Source of the DNA: an uncultured Thermoplasmata archaeon
Lineage (GTDB): Archaea; Thermoplasmatota; DTKX01; GCA-020343715
Direction: 5' to 3'
Assembly: GCA_964353355.1 (NCBI GenBank)
Contig: CAYGVT010000032.1
Location: 161 to 64,160 of the forward strand
Length of the DNA stretch: 64,000 bases
Position numbers and translations under genes: made by a program. How positions within the stretch are numbered: position 1 is the stretch's first letter; each line of letters starts with the position of its first letter. This document shows positions 9,096-19,267 of the stretch, piece by piece. Below the pieces are notes generated by a model, which was not told where the DNA came from, did not search any database, and worked only from the letters and a program-made list of their open reading frames with translations.

Positions 9096-12000
9096 CTAGT
9101 CGATCTCCTCCCACCCGTCGAATGTCGGCTTCTCGGCGGGCGGTGGCGGCGGACCGCGCTTGAGCTCCCAACCGGCCGGGGCCGGTGAGCCCTCCCTCAG
9201 CATCTGCGACACCGAGGGCTCGGTCATGATGGACCTCATGTCCCTTGGCTTCTCGATGGTGATGCCGGTGCGCTCCCCGATGAGCGGTGCGCCGTGCACA
9301 TCCGGCTCCCTCGCCTTCGCCGCCGAGGCCTGGGTGGGCGGGGATTGTCGCGGGCGCGCTGGCTGGCCCATCCCCCGGACGGCGCGCTGCCTGGTCACGA
9401 ACGCGATCGCGCCCACGATGACGAGCAGGACCAGGACGAGGGCGAGGATGATGGGGCCAGCGGTCGCCATGGTCCTGGGGCCGGCGTCGTCGCCGTCGCC
9501 ATCGCCGTCGTGGTCGTCCGGCGGTGGCCTGACCGGGGGAAGCACGCTTATCCTCACCCAGGACCGCTTGATGTACTGGCCGTCGGAGACCTCGAGCGTG
9601 ATGTTGTGGTCCCCGGGCTCCAGGCGGGGGATGGTGAGCGCCGTGCCCGTCCCGAGGGGGGTCGACGACGCGTTCGTGTACCATGTGTAGGTGAGCACGT
9701 CGCCGAAGGGTTCGTCGGGGTCGGCGCAGTAGCCCTGCAGGAGTATGCTGTCGTTGGCCTGGAAGACCTTGCCGTTCTTGGGCTGGAGCACGTACACGAT
9801 GCCTGGCGGGTCGTTCACGTTCTCGACGGTGAGCTCCACGCGCACCACGACCGACTGGCCGGAGTCGTCCTGCACCGAGAGGTTCAGCCACAAGGTGCCG
9901 ACCTCGGCGTTGGTCGCCCTCGTGTCGATGGTGCCGTTGTCCCCGGCCACCGAGAGCCAACCGAGCTCGGCGTCGGTCCTGAAGGTGAACCGCACCGAGT
10001 CCGGGTCCCCGACCGCCACCAGGAAGGCCATGGGCACGTCCTGCCTCGCCGTGATGTGGAACGTCCCGTTGATGGGCAGAGCGCCGCCGATGGAGACAAT
10101 GACGGGGGCGTCGGGGATGCCCCTGATGTCGACCTCTAGCAGCGCGGTGGCCGTGAGCGAGCCGTCCGAGGCCGTGACGGTGCCCTCCTCCATCCCCCAC
10201 CAGTCCGTGGGGAAGACGATGGTGAGGACAGAGGTCGCGGGGTCGATTGGCGCCTGCACCTTGTAAAAGCCGACGACTGTGAAGGCGATGGGGTCACCGT
10301 CGGCGTCGGAGAAGTGGGACCGCAGCTGCACCGTGACGGGCTCATGGTCCTCATCGAGGAGGACCGGCGCGAGGGGCCTGGTGACGGCGGGGGGCGTGTT
10401 GACCACGGTCACGCTCGCGCTCACGGCGGGGCCCTTGTCCTCGCCGTCGAATGCGCGCACGATGACCGACCAGGTCTCGCCCCGCGTCGTCAGGGCCGCG
10501 GGGACAGTGTCGGTCGTGACCTCCGTGACGGGCGTCCCGTCCCGCGACCACTCGAACAGGTAGCTCAGGTAGGAAGTGTCGCGGTCGGACGCCTGCTCCA
10601 GGACGGCGACACGGATGTCCGCGGCGGTCCCTGGCGGGTCGGGGGTGAGCGAGATGGTGGGGATGCCCGGTGGGTTGTTGAGCACCCTGACGAGCCCGTC
10701 CGCCTGGAACCACGTAGAGTCCATGGAATCGGAGTCGGTCACGCGGGCGCGGAAGCTGTAGTTGCCAGTCGGGTGGTCGCGCGTGGTCTTGAAGTCGATC
10801 ACGAACGACATGCCGTCCCAGACGGCAGCCCCGAAGCCGATCGGGGTCCAGCCCAGGGCACCGGGCGAGCGCATCTGGACGAGCGGCGCGAGGTCGCGCG
10901 GATTGTCGTATTCGTCGTCGACCGTAAGGCGCACGCGGGTCGCGTTGGTCCTGTAGATGACCGGGTCGTCCGCGGTGAGCGTGAGGACAGTCGGGGGGGC
11001 GGGCGTCCTCAGGGTCCAGTTGATCTGGATATCGTCGAGGTTGAGCGCCCAGTCCAGGTTGGTATTGTGCACCAGGACCTCGATGATGACGCTTGGATGC
11101 TCCTTTATTCTAATGATACCGGTGAGGTCATAGGACATCTCCGAGGCGTTCGAGGTTGCGTTCCAGAGCGGTAGCTCGGTCTCCCCATCCAGCAGCCTGA
11201 ACGTGACGTTCTGGCCCGGGTAGGCATCCCCGTACAGCCTGTATCGGAGCGCCTCCCATCCGCCGTAGTACCGGGGGTCGCCTATGTTGATCTTGTCAGT
11301 GCGCAGGCCCGCTGTGTTGGGACCTAGCATCTCACCGGCTGCCAGGGCCATCGCCCCATCGGTAGCGTGACCTTCGCTTTCGACGAGGGAGTAATTGGAC
11401 AGCTCTGGCACGTCCGCCCTCTCTGCGACCGAGTAGATGTACGTGTCGAGGCCAAAATCGCTCCAGACGACCGATGCCACATCTGTCACACCCTTGCCGA
11501 GCGTGATGTTGGGCCCCATTCTGTAAGGCCTGTTGTAAACGTTCACGGTTCCATTCTGGACAAGCACTACACGAGGATCATCGGTGCTATCGTCATGGAC
11601 GATGGTGGCAGCGATAGCCGGAGGTCCGGCGATTGCCAGCCATGGGCCGATGGCGCTGCGGCCCGTGCCGCTCGAGAAGATGATGTTCGAGCAGTTGATG
11701 ATATCGGCGAGCCGCCTCGTCTCATTGCCTTCGCAGGCTACGACGAGGTCCGGCCACTCGTGGTCGATGAACTCGTCGATCGCGAGGGCATAGGCGCTCC
11801 TGGAGAGAAGCCGCCTCGAGACAGAGACAGAGTGACCGGAAGCCGTCCCCCAAAGGACGAGGAGGCCCTCGTCCGGGCCTTCAGAGATGGCCAGTGCGAG
11901 GTCATCCCTCCCGTCGTCATCGAAGTCGGCCCTCGCGACGTCGGCTATCGTCCCGTCCAAGTCGCCGATTGTGCGGTCCGGGGTGGACGGAAAGCCCGTG

Positions 12001-13889
12001 CCGTTCCACTCGTAGACGAGCAGACGGCCCTTCCCGGCTTGGGTCCTCTCGGCCAGGATGACCTCGACCACGCCGTCGGAGTCGATGTCGTCCACTTTGA
12101 TGGAGGTGAAGTCACTCGCCTTGCCCGCGCCTGCCGTGTGGGAGAACGTGTACTGCGGGATGTCCCTGAGGCCCGCCGTGTAGCCCGCGTACGAGACCGC
12201 GTCGCTGCCGTTGGACGAGAACGTATAAAGAACATCGAGCACGCCGTCCCTGTCGAGGTCGGCCATGGCTACGTCGCTCGCGTTGGTCGTGATGATGTCG
12301 TCGACGAGCGTCGCGACGTACTTACTCATGCGATAGACAGGGTTAACGTTGTAGACGTGGCTGGGCACGGTGTTCGAGATGCCGTTGGTCGCCTCCGCGA
12401 ATGCAACTTGGGGGTTCCAACCCCCCATGACGAAACCCTGATATCGGTCGAAGCCCACCATGCCCCGGATCCCCACGTCGGAGAGGAACTCCGTCCTCCA
12501 TGTTCTATCCGGGCGCCACTTGATGGCCCAGCCCTCGAGCACTGGGGGACGATGGATGTCGATGTCGACCCATCTAGCGCGAAGCTGTATCGAAGGGTAC
12601 AGCGAGGCTGGCACGCCTGAGAGGTCGGCAGCCCATGTCAGAATGTCCTGGAACCCGGGCACCGGCTTGCCCGTCGATTCGTCCAGGACGTCGATGCGGA
12701 CCTCGCGGTCCTCGTATGGGCGCTTGTCCTCGTCGACCAGCAGAAGCTCCCACGTCGAGCCAAGGGGGCACTGGATGCGCTCGGAGACGAGCGTGTTGAC
12801 GGCCTCCTTGCCCCACAAGGCGCTCTGGGGGACGATCTGCTTGGCGATGGTGGACGAGGCCCACCTGAACTCGCAAGAGGCGCCGCCCTGGTTCTCGTAG
12901 TACTCGACCTTCACATCATGGAGGCCCGGGGCGAGGATCGCCTGCGCCCAGTACTCGGTCGCGCCCTGGTCGAACCACTTGTCGATGAGCTGCACGTCGT
13001 CTATCCAGAGGCGACCGCCGTCATCGATGCGCAGGAAAAAGGTGTACCTGTCGTTGCGGACGATGTTGATCTTGCCCGTCCACCTGATGGAGAAGGTGTT
13101 GCTCCCCAACCCGGTGGGCCCGTTGTTGCCCCAGTTGAAGTCTACGACGGGGTCGATCTGGTCGTACCGCCACGCGGTGAAGTCCCGGTTGTCGAAGTAC
13201 GAGCCCTTGAGGCCGCCCGCGACCCACTCCGACACTGGATAGACCTCGCCGTCGCCGAGGCTGAGGTCGCCCCTAGAGTAGTCACGACCGATGTCGAGGA
13301 AGGGGTCTCGCCAGCAATCCTCGTCGACCACGCCCAGCGTCCAGCCTGTGAAGCCCAGGTTCGAGAAGCCTGTGGTATCGTTCAGGAGTATGTGCAGCTG
13401 CACCCGGACGTGCGTGTCCGGGTCCACGGACCTCAGGTCGATGGAGACCGGGGAGGTCAGGAGCGCCGTCGTCTGCACGAGGACCTCGCCAGGGTAGCCC
13501 GTGGAGGGCGTGCCGTCCGGGTCGAGGGCCGTGAGGGTGGTTGAGCCCTGGGATGGGTTGCCCTGCATGGGCATGACGGCGGCATAGTCCCACCGCTTCC
13601 CCTCGTTGATCGTGTAGGGGATGCTGAGGAGCCATCCTTGCGAGTACCTCATGACGTACCAGCTGCCAGGCTGGGTCCGCATGTTGTAGGAGGCATTGAC
13701 CGTCTCGGTTTGAGAAGGGTCCGCAAAATATTCGTACCAAGGCGAGAACATCCTTGGTAGCTTGGATGTCGCCATCGGAGCGGAGGAGCCTGATGTCTCC
13801 CCGCCCTCGAGCGCGGGGATGGCCACCGAGAGCGGGGATATGACCAGCAGGGACAGCATCAGAGCTGCCACCGCCTCCTTGCAGGCCAT
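9096..13889 (-). CDS. Large membrane-anchored surface protein (signal peptide, PA14, FG-GAP-like repeats, Ig/cadherin/PKD-like domains, C-terminal TM, cytoplasmic tail)
   Basis: PA14 'GLKGSYF...FSIRWTG...IDDGGRLWIDD...EYYENQGG'; DLDRDGVLD/DIDSDGVVE/DFDDDGRDD repeats; FSDADGD and ENVNDPP motifs; TM followed by a tail ending GWEEID. Start 13889 follows a CAGGAGG RBS; TATA at about 13935-13946. Confidence 0.85.
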   Translation of the reverse strand: MACKEAVAALMLSLLVISPLSVAIPALEGGETSGSSAPMATSKLPRMFSPWYEYFADPSQTETVNASYNMRTQPGSWYVMRYSQGWLLSIPYTINEGKRWDYAAVMPMQGNPSQGSTTLTALDPDGTPSTGYPGEVLVQTTALLTSPVSIDLRSVDPDTHVRVQLHILLNDTTGFSNLGFTGWTLGVVDEDCWRDPFLDIGRDYSRGDLSLGDGEVYPVSEWVAGGLKGSYFDNRDFTAWRYDQIDPVVDFNWGNNGPTGLGSNTFSIRWTGKINIVRNDRYTFFLRIDDGGRLWIDDVQLIDKWFDQGATEYWAQAILAPGLHDVKVEYYENQGGASCEFRWASSTIAKQIVPQSALWGKEAVNTLVSERIQCPLGSTWELLLVDEDKRPYEDREVRIDVLDESTGKPVPGFQDILTWAADLSGVPASLYPSIQLRARWVDIDIHRPPVLEGWAIKWRPDRTWRTEFLSDVGIRGMVGFDRYQGFVMGGWNPQVAFAEATNGISNTVPSHVYNVNPVYRMSKYVATLVDDIITTNASDVAMADLDRDGVLDVLYTFSSNGSDAVSYAGYTAGLRDIPQYTFSHTAGAGKASDFTSIKVDDIDSDGVVEVILAERTQAGKGRLLVYEWNGTGFPSTPDRTIGDLDGTIADVARADFDDDGRDDLALAISEGPDEGLLVLWGTASGHSVSVSRRLLSRSAYALAIDEFIDHEWPDLVVACEGNETRRLADIINCSNIIFSSGTGRSAIGPWLAIAGPPAIAATIVHDDSTDDPRVVLVQNGTVNVYNRPYRMGPNITLGKGVTDVASVVWSDFGLDTYIYSVAERADVPELSNYSLVESEGHATDGAMALAAGEMLGPNTAGLRTDKINIGDPRYYGGWEALRYRLYGDAYPGQNVTFRLLDGETELPLWNATSNASEMSYDLTGIIRIKEHPSVIIEVLVHNTNLDWALNLDDIQINWTLRTPAPPTVLTLTADDPVIYRTNATRVRLTVDDEYDNPRDLAPLVQMRSPGALGWTPIGFGAAVWDGMSFVIDFKTTRDHPTGNYSFRARVTDSDSMDSTWFQADGLVRVLNNPPGIPTISLTPDPPGTAADIRVAVLEQASDRDTSYLSYLFEWSRDGTPVTEVTTDTVPAALTTRGETWSVIVRAFDGEDKGPAVSASVTVVNTPPAVTRPLAPVLLDEDHEPVTVQLRSHFSDADGDPIAFTVVGFYKVQAPIDPATSVLTIVFPTDWWGMEEGTVTASDGSLTATALLEVDIRGIPDAPVIVSIGGALPINGTFHITARQDVPMAFLVAVGDPDSVRFTFRTDAELGWLSVAGDNGTIDTRATNAEVGTLWLNLSVQDDSGQSVVVRVELTVENVNDPPGIVYVLQPKNGKVFQANDSILLQGYCADPDEPFGDVLTYTWYTNASSTPLGTGTALTIPRLEPGDHNITLEVSDGQYIKRSWVRISVLPPVRPPPDDHDGDGDGDDAGPRTMATAGPIILALVLVLLVIVGAIAFVTRQRAVRGMGQPARPRQSPPTQASAAKAREPDVHGAPLIGERTGITIEKPRDMRSIMTEPSVSQMLREGSPAPAGWELKRGPPPPPAEKPTFDGWEEID

Positions 13890-14042
13890 CTCTGGTTTCC
13901 TCCTGGTGCACTGGGTCGTGCCAGACATTGGCCCATTTATATATAGACCTTGGGGTTTGGGCCACGCCCGGTAAGAATTTGGCTGATTGATGATGATGAC
14001 AATCACGTGGCCTTCTTAAGCCGGACACGGGATGGAAGGGAC

Positions 14043-14720
14043 ATGCGTCGCTCCCATCTCGCCGTCCTCGTGTGCGTGTCGCTGGCCGCCTCCGCCCTCC
14101 TGCTCATCGTCGCGGTCGTCAACGAGGAGCGCCCGCTAGAGGTGGGGCCTGGGGAGGTTGACGACCTGGAGCTGGGCACGCTCGTCGCGGTCGAGGGCGT
14201 CATCGCTGATGGGGGGCCCAAGGACCTCGATGGCAGCGCACTCGTGACCCTGGTGGGTCCCGGTGGCGCCTCCGTCAAGGTCTTCCTCGCCTTCCCCCCC
14301 GACGACCTCGGACCGGGGGACACGGTGAGGGTGGAGGGGACGGTCCAGCTCTACAAGGGTTCGGTGGAGGTCCTGGTCCAGAACAGGAAGGACCTGCGGG
14401 TCCTCTCCAAGGAGGCGAGGCCAAGGGTGGCCCTCGCGGACCTGGTGGGCGAGCCCTGGCGGTACGCCACGGTCGAGCCCAGGACCTGCGTCACGGTCGC
14501 GTGCGCACCCGTCGCGGCCGGTCCCGGGGACGGCTGGTGGTGCGTCGTGCGCGGACCGGCCGGGGGACCGGCCGTGGCCGTGTTCCTCGGGCCTGGGTTG
14601 GACGTGAGCGCCCTTACCGAAGGGGACAGGCTGGAGCTCTCCGTGAGGGTCAGGCACGACGCCGCCATCGGATTGGTCTACCTCGAGGTCCTCGGATGGG
14701 TCGCGTCGAGGGGGACCTAG
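14043..14720 (+). CDS. Membrane-anchored OB-fold protein
   Basis: N-terminal hydrophobic helix; OB-like 'LGPGDTVRVEGTVQLYKGSVEV' and a second 'LTEGDRLELSVRV'. Confidence 0.65.
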   Translation: MRRSHLAVLVCVSLAASALLLIVAVVNEERPLEVGPGEVDDLELGTLVAVEGVIADGGPKDLDGSALVTLVGPGGASVKVFLAFPPDDLGPGDTVRVEGTVQLYKGSVEVLVQNRKDLRVLSKEARPRVALADLVGEPWRYATVEPRTCVTVACAPVAAGPGDGWWCVVRGPAGGPAVAVFLGPGLDVSALTEGDRLELSVRVRHDAAIGLVYLEVLGWVASRGT

Positions 14721-17700
14721 GCCGTCCTGCGCCGAGCGCTGACGGCCGCGGCCGAGCAGGCCGCGACGGCTGCGACCGCCATCGCGACGCCCATGCCGGG
14801 CGTCTCCTTGGCCTTCTTGACCTCGAACGTGAGCTGCGTCGTGTCCGAGAAGTCCGGGTAGGTGGACACCACCGTGATGTTCAGCATGGCGATGCCGACG
14901 GTGGCGTTCTTGGGGGGCGCGAGCGTGACCGTCACCGTGCCCGTGGCGCCCTCGGCCACGGTGATGATGGTCGTGGAGGGCTTGGCCCATCTGGCCGCTG
15001 GCCCTGTCAGGAGCACGCTGTAGGTGTCCGTCCCGTTCCCGGTGTTGCGGACGGTCAGGGTGAACTCGCCCTTCCTCCCCTGGGTGACCTTCATGGACGC
15101 CTGGGAGGCCGTGACCGTGACGCCCTTCACGACGACGTCGACCGTGACCCTCGCGCCTGCGGAGGTCCTCCCGTCCTGCGACGTCGCGAGGACATCGATG
15201 CTATAGGGCCCTGCGTCCACCGTGGACGTCAGCCCCACCGATAGCTGGAGCTCGACGGAGGCGCCCTCGGCGACGGAGACCGGGTCCGAGGAGAACGTGA
15301 GGAACGTGGCCCATGCTGGCGTGGAGGCCGTCAGGTCGAAGACGTCGGCGCCCACGCCGGTGTTGGTGACGTTCAGCGTGAACACGACCGTCCCGCTCCT
15401 GTGCGCGGTCGCGCTCGACGGGGTCGGGGCCAGCGTGACGCCGTTCACCCATACGTGGACCACGACGGAGGCGGTCGCGTTCACCACGCCGTCCTGCGAC
15501 ACCGCCCTGAAGAGCAGCGCGCTGTCGCCCTCGACCTCGGACAACGGCACGGCGATGGTCACGGTCACAAACTGCGACCCGCCCTGGGCCACATCCACCG
15601 CGGCCATGCCGGTGACCGTCCAGCCCACCGGTGCCTCGGCCGAGAGGGCGATTGTGTCCTGGCCTTGGCCCGTGTTCCCGACGATCAGGTCGACCTCTAT
15701 GGTCTCGCCGCGCCATGTGTCCTGCAGCGTGGGCGTGGCGGAGAGCTCGACGCCGTCGACTTGCACGTGCACGACGAGCTCTATGGTACCGGAGGTCGTG
15801 CCGTCCGCGGAGGCGACCGTGAGAATAAGGTTGTAGTCGTCCTCGTCCGCGGTCGCGGACACGTCGACGACCACGGCGAAGTCGGTCGACCAGCCCTCGG
15901 GCACGTCCGCGAGGGTCGTCCGGTTGATGGTCGTCCAGGCTGCCGCGGTGCCGGTGAGGCCGACGGTGAGGGTGTCGGGGCCCTCGCCGGTGTTCGTGGC
16001 GGTGACCACGAAGCGCGCGGTCTCGCCGCGGAACGCGGTCGCCTCCAGGCGGTCCGCGCCGAGCGACACACCGTTCACCATCACGTTGAACGCGAGCTCG
16101 ACCGTCTTATTGACGGCCGGTTCCTTGCTGCTGACCTTGACGCTCACCTTGTACGTGCCCTCGTGCGTGCCCGCGGGCGCGCGGAGAGCAATTACGAGCT
16201 CGCGCTTCTCTCCAAGTGGGACCGCGACGCTGCCTGTGGAGGTCGGGATGTCCAACCCCTCCGAGGTCGCGGTCCATGTGTACACGTCGTCGCCCATGCC
16301 CGTGTTCTCGATCATCACCTTGATCGAGCCCTGCTCGCCCGCGTGGACGGGCGCAGGCTCCTCGACGGGCTCGACGTCCACGCCCTTCGTCGTGGAATCC
16401 CCGTAGCCGAGGATGACGTAGTTGATGACGATGCGGAAGTGGTCGAGGTCGACGGTCATGAACACGAACCCGTAGTCCTGGTCCTCCGGCACGAACTCGG
16501 GCAGCACGATGCTGGCACCGTACGTGTCGGGCCCGACCTTGGTCATGGGGCCCAGGGCGGGCTCCATAGAATCCGGCCCTAGGGTTGTGAACGGCCCCCA
16601 CGAGCTCCTGCCAGTGGACCGTTCAATCTCCATGAGCATGTAGCCCATGTAGGTGTTGCGCCCGAGGAGCGCGTGGGCCCGGAACTCAACTGGTGCGGCC
16701 TTCTGGAGGCGGTCCACGCTGAGCTCCATGCCCTCGTCGATGGGGAAGATGCCCGTGTCGACCAGGGGCGATGTGTCCTCCATCCGCGCGGTCTGGTTGT
16801 CCTCGGAGTTCCAGACGGTGGCCTCGAACATGATCCACGCGGTCGTGTCGTCCGGGGGCACGGTGAACGTCAGTTCCATGTCCCCCTCCGCGTCCGTCAC
16901 GCCGTGGCCGCTCTCGAGGATGGTGTACTCCGTCGAGAAGAGGCTGGATTTGTCGATGATGTACCAGTTCACGCGCTTGTCGGCGAGCGCGCCCGTCGTG
17001 TTGTAGGCGCGGTAGGATTGCGTGTGGGTCTCGCCTGGCCTGTTGATGTTCTGGAAGAAGGGGCCGGACTCGTCGCGCGAGTAGGCCTGCATGGCGAAGT
17101 CGGAGGCATCGTCTGGGGGCGAGACCTCGGGCACGAAGAAGTCGATGATCCTCTCCTGATGGAACCTCTGGGAGTAACCGCCCTTGCGCACGACGCCCGA
17201 GACGTCCATCGTACCGTTCGTGATGCCCTCGAGGCTGAATGGCGCCCTGCCGGTCGCGTCGGTCGCCTCGGTCAGCGCGATGTCCCTCGGCGACTGGCCC
17301 CTCTGGGACAGCCTGAACGTCGCCTCCACCGAGGCGCCCTCCACCGGCGCGCCCTGGTCGTCCGCGACCCAGACCGCGAGCTCGGTAGCGAGCGAGGTCA
17401 CGCTCACGTTCTGGCCCCACACATCGAAGAACCTGACGACGAACCTCTGCGCGAACATGGGGTACAAGTAGCGGGAGTGGTTGTAGTCGGGGAAGCTCGC
17501 GCCCGCCTTCACGCGGTACTCGGTGGAGACGTTGAGGTCGATGGGCACGGTGTACGAGGCCTTGTAGGTCCCGAGGCTCTCGCGCACCACGGTCAGCTGG
17601 CCGAGGTCGTCCTCGGCCGTGCCGTTGTAGCCATGCAGCTGGACCATGACGTCCTGCGCGTCGACGAGCGTCGAATTGTATGTCGTCACGGTGATGGCCA

Positions 17701-18208
17701 CGGTCTGGCCGGGCTCGGGGGACGGGTCCGAGACTGTGACGGCCACGCCAGGCCCCTTCTCGACCCAGGCGAGGCCGAGCTGCATGACGCGCGCGCCCCA
17801 GTAATCGCAGACGGCCATGAAGCCGACTGCCCGGCCCATCATCGGCAGGCCCTCGCCGGTGGGCTCGAACGACGTGATGTGCGCCTTGCTGATGGTGAAG
17901 TTGGCCTCGAACGTGCCCTTGCTGACCTTCTGGGTCAGCACCCACTCGATGTCGCCCGGCTGTTCGCCCATGGTCCAGTTCTTGAGGATGGCCATGACGA
18001 CGCCAGGGGAATCGGGGTCGACGAGCAACCCGTTCGCGTAAAGCTCGATGGTCACGTTCACCTGGTCCCCGATCGCGTACGAGTCCCTCTCGATGTCCAC
18101 GCGCAGTTGGGGGATCTCCTCGTCCGCGGGGGCGGCCGGCATGGCCGGTGCCAGGAGGGCGAGCAGCGAGCACAGTGCGAGCACGATTGCCAGAGAAGAG
18201 GACCTCAT
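14717..18208 (-). CDS. Secreted Ig-like repeat (NEW3/CARDB-like) surface protein with PGF-CTERM-like signal
   Basis: Signal peptide; five roughly 100-aa repeats with 'N-T-G-x-G-x-D' signature; C-terminus 'KETPGMGVAMAVAAVAACSAAAVSARRRTA'. Confidence 0.82.
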   Translation of the reverse strand: MRSSSLAIVLALCSLLALLAPAMPAAPADEEIPQLRVDIERDSYAIGDQVNVTIELYANGLLVDPDSPGVVMAILKNWTMGEQPGDIEWVLTQKVSKGTFEANFTISKAHITSFEPTGEGLPMMGRAVGFMAVCDYWGARVMQLGLAWVEKGPGVAVTVSDPSPEPGQTVAITVTTYNSTLVDAQDVMVQLHGYNGTAEDDLGQLTVVRESLGTYKASYTVPIDLNVSTEYRVKAGASFPDYNHSRYLYPMFAQRFVVRFFDVWGQNVSVTSLATELAVWVADDQGAPVEGASVEATFRLSQRGQSPRDIALTEATDATGRAPFSLEGITNGTMDVSGVVRKGGYSQRFHQERIIDFFVPEVSPPDDASDFAMQAYSRDESGPFFQNINRPGETHTQSYRAYNTTGALADKRVNWYIIDKSSLFSTEYTILESGHGVTDAEGDMELTFTVPPDDTTAWIMFEATVWNSEDNQTARMEDTSPLVDTGIFPIDEGMELSVDRLQKAAPVEFRAHALLGRNTYMGYMLMEIERSTGRSSWGPFTTLGPDSMEPALGPMTKVGPDTYGASIVLPEFVPEDQDYGFVFMTVDLDHFRIVINYVILGYGDSTTKGVDVEPVEEPAPVHAGEQGSIKVMIENTGMGDDVYTWTATSEGLDIPTSTGSVAVPLGEKRELVIALRAPAGTHEGTYKVSVKVSSKEPAVNKTVELAFNVMVNGVSLGADRLEATAFRGETARFVVTATNTGEGPDTLTVGLTGTAAAWTTINRTTLADVPEGWSTDFAVVVDVSATADEDDYNLILTVASADGTTSGTIELVVHVQVDGVELSATPTLQDTWRGETIEVDLIVGNTGQGQDTIALSAEAPVGWTVTGMAAVDVAQGGSQFVTVTIAVPLSEVEGDSALLFRAVSQDGVVNATASVVVHVWVNGVTLAPTPSSATAHRSGTVVFTLNVTNTGVGADVFDLTASTPAWATFLTFSSDPVSVAEGASVELQLSVGLTSTVDAGPYSIDVLATSQDGRTSAGARVTVDVVVKGVTVTASQASMKVTQGRKGEFTLTVRNTGNGTDTYSVLLTGPAARWAKPSTTIITVAEGATGTVTVTLAPPKNATVGIAMLNITVVSTYPDFSDTTQLTFEVKKAKETPGMGVAMAVAAVAACSAAAVSARRRTA

Positions 18209-18351
18209 ATGAATCCCGTTCGAGCGTTGGCCCCACTATATAAATAGCTTTTCCCACCAGTTCCACTGTGGATAATGATGCCGGCCGACGACTGGCAATC
18301 GCTGGACGGCGTGGGGGGGTCTCCGCGGAGGCCCGCATCGGGCGCCGGATG

Positions 18352-19134
18352 TCACTTGCCCTTGAAGGCGGGCTTGCGCTTCTCTATGAACGCGGTCATG
18401 CCCTCGCGCTTGTCCTCGGTCGAGAAGGCGGTGGCCTCCAGCTCCGCTTCCAGGTAGAGGGCGCGCTTGAGGTCCATTCCCATGCCGTTGTTGACGGCGG
18501 CCTTGACGAGGGCGACGGCGACGGGCCCGTTCTTCATGAACCGCTTCGCCATGGCCTTGGCTGCGTCCATCAGCTGCTCGGGGGGCACGACCTGGTTGAC
18601 CAATCCGATGCTGAGCGCGCGTGCGGCATCGACCATGTCCGCGGACATGGCTATCTCCTTGGCGAGGCCGGGCCCCACAAGTCGTGGGAGGCGCTGGGTC
18701 CCACCGAACCCGGGGATGATGCCCAGGCTGACCTCGGGCACGCCCAGCCGGGCCCTGTCCGAGGCGACACGCACATCGCAGGCGAGCGCGAGCTCGAGGC
18801 CGCCACCGAGCGCGAAGCCGTTTATGGCCGCGACGACGGGCTTCTCGAGCTCCTCGAGGGTGGCCAGGCAGGCCTGTCCGTCGAGGCAGAACTTCTTCAT
18901 CTGCATCGGTGAGAAGTCGACCATCTCCTTGATGTCCGCGCCCGCGACGAAGGCCTTGTCACCAGAGCCCGTCACGATGACCGCGCCCGCCGCGGCGTCC
19001 TGTCCCGCCTGCCACGCGGCAGCGCACAGCTCCTGGAGCGTCTTGGTGTTGAGCGCGTTCAGTGACTTGGGGCGGTTGATGGTGATGATCGCGATGCCGT
19101 CCTCTACCCGGTACTCGATGTTCTCGTATGCCAT
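18352..19134 (-). CDS. Enoyl-CoA hydratase (crotonase)
   Basis: ITINRPKSLNAL, AFVAGADI, NGFALGGGLELALACD, PEVSLGIIPGFGGTQRLPRL. Confidence 0.95.
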   Translation of the reverse strand: MAYENIEYRVEDGIAIITINRPKSLNALNTKTLQELCAAAWQAGQDAAAGAVIVTGSGDKAFVAGADIKEMVDFSPMQMKKFCLDGQACLATLEELEKPVVAAINGFALGGGLELALACDVRVASDRARLGVPEVSLGIIPGFGGTQRLPRLVGPGLAKEIAMSADMVDAARALSIGLVNQVVPPEQLMDAAKAMAKRFMKNGPVAVALVKAAVNNGMGMDLKRALYLEAELEATAFSTEDKREGMTAFIEKRKPAFKGK

Positions 19135-19267
19135 GGATGTCACTATCCTTTGGACCTCGACGGCGGGGGGAACCGCGGTCGTCGGACATGAACCTTCCGA
19201 CGCGCAAAGATGGATGATAGAAGGACGTGGGTGCATTGGACGATGGGGCAGGGTTCACCTGGATGGG

